Assembly (NCBI GenBank): GCA_965235115.1 | Contig: OZ249436.1 | Coordinates: forward strand, 40,302,001 to 40,366,000 | Length of the DNA stretch: 64,000 bases | Source of the DNA: Laetmonice hystrix | Taxonomy: Eukaryota | Reading direction: 5' to 3' | Program-made: the position numbers and the translations under genes | Shown here: one piece after another, positions 61,324 to 64,000 of the stretch | Layout: every line of letters starts with the position of its first letter | Numbering within the stretch: position 1 is the first letter of the stretch | The notes under the pieces: generated by a model | Told to the model about the DNA's origin: nothing | Database searches by the model: none | Seen by the model: only the letters and a program-made list of their open reading frames with translations

Positions 61324-64000
61324 GTAGGCCTCCAGAGTGATCATTTTATGATCATTGACTTTAAAACCATTGAAAGCGTTGTACGGGGTTATTCGGTATA
61401 ACGGTGGGTTGAAGATATAGGCAGAAGCTACACGTGATGCGTCGGAATCGGAGTGGAAGGAAACGAACCCAAAAAAAATTACAGTTCTCCTAACGTAAAG
61501 GGAAGGGATTCGGGAGGCCCTGTCGTAAACGTTTAGTAGGTTAATCCGATTTATGGTATATATAGTTTGGAACAGGCAACTTCTAGCCCTAGAGCAACTT
61601 CGTGTAGATCTAGGCCTATCTAATCTTGTCCTAGTTCTAGAGATTATGATAACTCGGCGATAAGCTGCACTGAGGGGCAGATCCAAGTTCTCTTGGGGGG
61701 GGGGGGGTGCACTAGGGATGCATATCGTTTGGAATAACGCGATACTGATACTAGCGCGATACTGGGTTACGATACCGATACCCAACCAATACATGTAACG
61801 ATACCTACATAGTTCTATATGTAGAATAGTAGGACACATACCCAAGTGTAGCTATGCATGAAAAGTACTTTTATTTATCCACGATGATCACAGTTCGTTG
61901 ACAATTCGAAGTATTTTGGGAGGTTTTTGGGGATAAAATAAAGTGTGACAACACCCCAGTACCATATCAAAATACCGTTTGGTTGGTTACTTTTCTATAC
62001 GATATACCGAAATCATTATTATTATACCGGTATCTCGATAATACCGGGTACCGATATAGGGTGCACCATATCAAAGACACTTGTGAATTCCCCCCAAAGT
62101 CAAGCAGGGCCGCAGTTAGAAATTTCTGAGGTGGGCCAGTCAAAGTCGCAGGAGCGAATCGAGGGATTTGTGAAAGGGTGCGGATCTGCCCCCCCCCCTG
62201 CCATGCGAGCACCAAAAACTTGGGGTCCCTTCCCCCAGAAAGAAAAAAGAAAATTAAAGTGCCAAACGCGTTTTCCTGTAAATCTGCAAGGAGCATTTAT
62301 TTATACAAACATATATTATGTATTTAAAGATATTTCAGATAATTGTGAAGGGAATAAATAGGCCTATGTATACGACAAAATTTCAGGTAATGAACAAGAT
62401 ATTGCGTGGGGGGGGGGGGCTGATCCAGGCATTTGAGAAAGAGGGGTGCAGAGATATAGGTAAGGTAAACCCAGCGAACGCCGAAGGCCTAAGTTTATTT
62501 CCAGGAAGGATAGATAGCTCTATATGGTAAGCTATACTAACCTCGGGGCCAAAAGTAGAAAATGGGATTGGGGGGGGGGGGGGGGGGATAAGGTAATTGG
62601 TATTAAAATGTAGAAATAAGAAAAAGGTCCTTAGATCAGTTTTTTGGGGGTGGGAGGGTGACGATTTATTTTGATTATTTTGTTTTGGTAAGTCTGCCGT
62701 ATCTATACTACGTCATGTTGTATTTGGTGACAGAGCTTTGGGCTGAGGTCTTATAGTGGTGCGTGAATTTCGATAGATTCCCTCCAGTCCACAGGCCGTG
62801 CAGAGCAGAGTTTCTTAATGACCAGAATGGTGTGTTCAGACCGATGAGTGGCCCTATACCTCACCGCCTTACAATGGCAGAACGCCCACCACCCGTCTGG
62901 AGCGAGGATCACCCACGGTGAAGTCCTTTTTAATGCCACGGCTTTCAGCTTGAAGACAAATAATGAGTCTAATGGGATGCTGAAAACAATGTATCCTTAA
63001 AACACCAAGGCATCACACCTTGAGTTGGAGAGGGTTTATACTTATCACATCTCCATTTCTAAGATGGAGTACGTTTTCCATTGTCATCTAACATAATTAT
63101 AATTTTATAGACAAATAAATCAACTAGAATTTGTCCTGAGATGTAATGCATGCAAGAAATGCATTAATCTGGTCCTCGTGGCAATAATATACCCCATAAT
63201 ATACCCCATAACGTAGGAGATATGGGTAGACGGGATCCGATGGAAGTTGCGTTGTTGAGAGACTTGGATCTCGTCTGTCTGCCAGGGAGTGGCTGATGAC
63301 ACCCTAGTGACAAATAGCGGGATGCATGCCAAGTGAGATTAAATTTGACAGGAACCCTGGGCCCTTCTTGGAGGTCGGGTTTCCATATTCATGATCCATT
63401 AAACGTGTCCCAGCCTCTTTACGGTATTGAATGGTCCAATCGTCCGGAACTTACTCAGGGCTTTCAAGGGATGGCCACTCTGTGGGACAGGACAGAGGTC
63501 TTTGGTGAAAGGATGGTGCAGTGACAGCCCGTGCCAGTGTATCTTGATGATCTATTGGTTGCTGGTACTATAATAGTTCAGTGATTCCCGATAAATTGCT
63601 GCCTCACCATCATAGCCGTCTGGGTCAAACGGGGCTGACAGGGAGAGTTGTTAGTGCCGCGGTGAGGAGGAAGGCGGGGCTACTGCATGGTCAGTCGCGG
63701 CAGAATGCCTCCATCTATCCGATGTCTTCCCTTCTCTGGCAGCATCAATGCATCAATTGATGTATGACGCTCGCAGACGACTCCGACAATAACTGCCAGA
63801 TCAACAATGGATCCAAGTCGTAAGGAGAGCTCAGATCACAAGATGGTGGATGATGGGCTCAGGAACATTATTACAGCCGGTCGTCTTCAACAGAAAATTG
63901 CGTATGCGAATGCTTTTTTCAAATCAGAAACTAATTCAGATGTATTATACAAGCAAGTAGAACTTGTTAGACTTTTGTTTCAAAATAGCAAACGAAATAT

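Noticed and set aside
62700..63900. Further exons of the downstream gene or a decayed element
   Set aside because: No phase-compatible exon or recognisable protein motif could be supported.

Overview
Eukaryotic (animal, probably marine invertebrate) genomic DNA: spliced genes, poly-G/C tracts and many non-autonomous DNA transposons. No prokaryotic features, CRISPR arrays or RNA genes are supported. Gene models built by hand from splice sites and reading phase: (1) the 5' part of a calmodulin-like EF-hand gene (- strand, runs off the window start); (2) a complete 8-exon NUDCD3 (- strand, 408 aa); (3) a complete 25-exon PGAP1 GPI inositol-deacylase (+ strand, 946 aa), head-to-head with NUDCD3 across 202 bp; (4) an unrecognised 462-aa antisense gene nested in PGAP1 intron 18; (5) an intronless, motif-degenerate Rab-like GTPase nested in the same orientation in PGAP1 intron 23; (6) the signal-peptide exon of a downstream gene. 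The most unusual structures are a 13-copy tandem array that multiplies the 3' splice site and first ~30 nt of PGAP1 exon 24 (12 decoy acceptors, all leading to stop codons), the atypical Rab in the same intron, an Academ-like element whose ~1.1-kb inverted repeats have absorbed LINE ORF2 sequence, and a hAT-like element carrying a promoter-like cassette. Family assignments come from motif recognition by eye; no database search was run.
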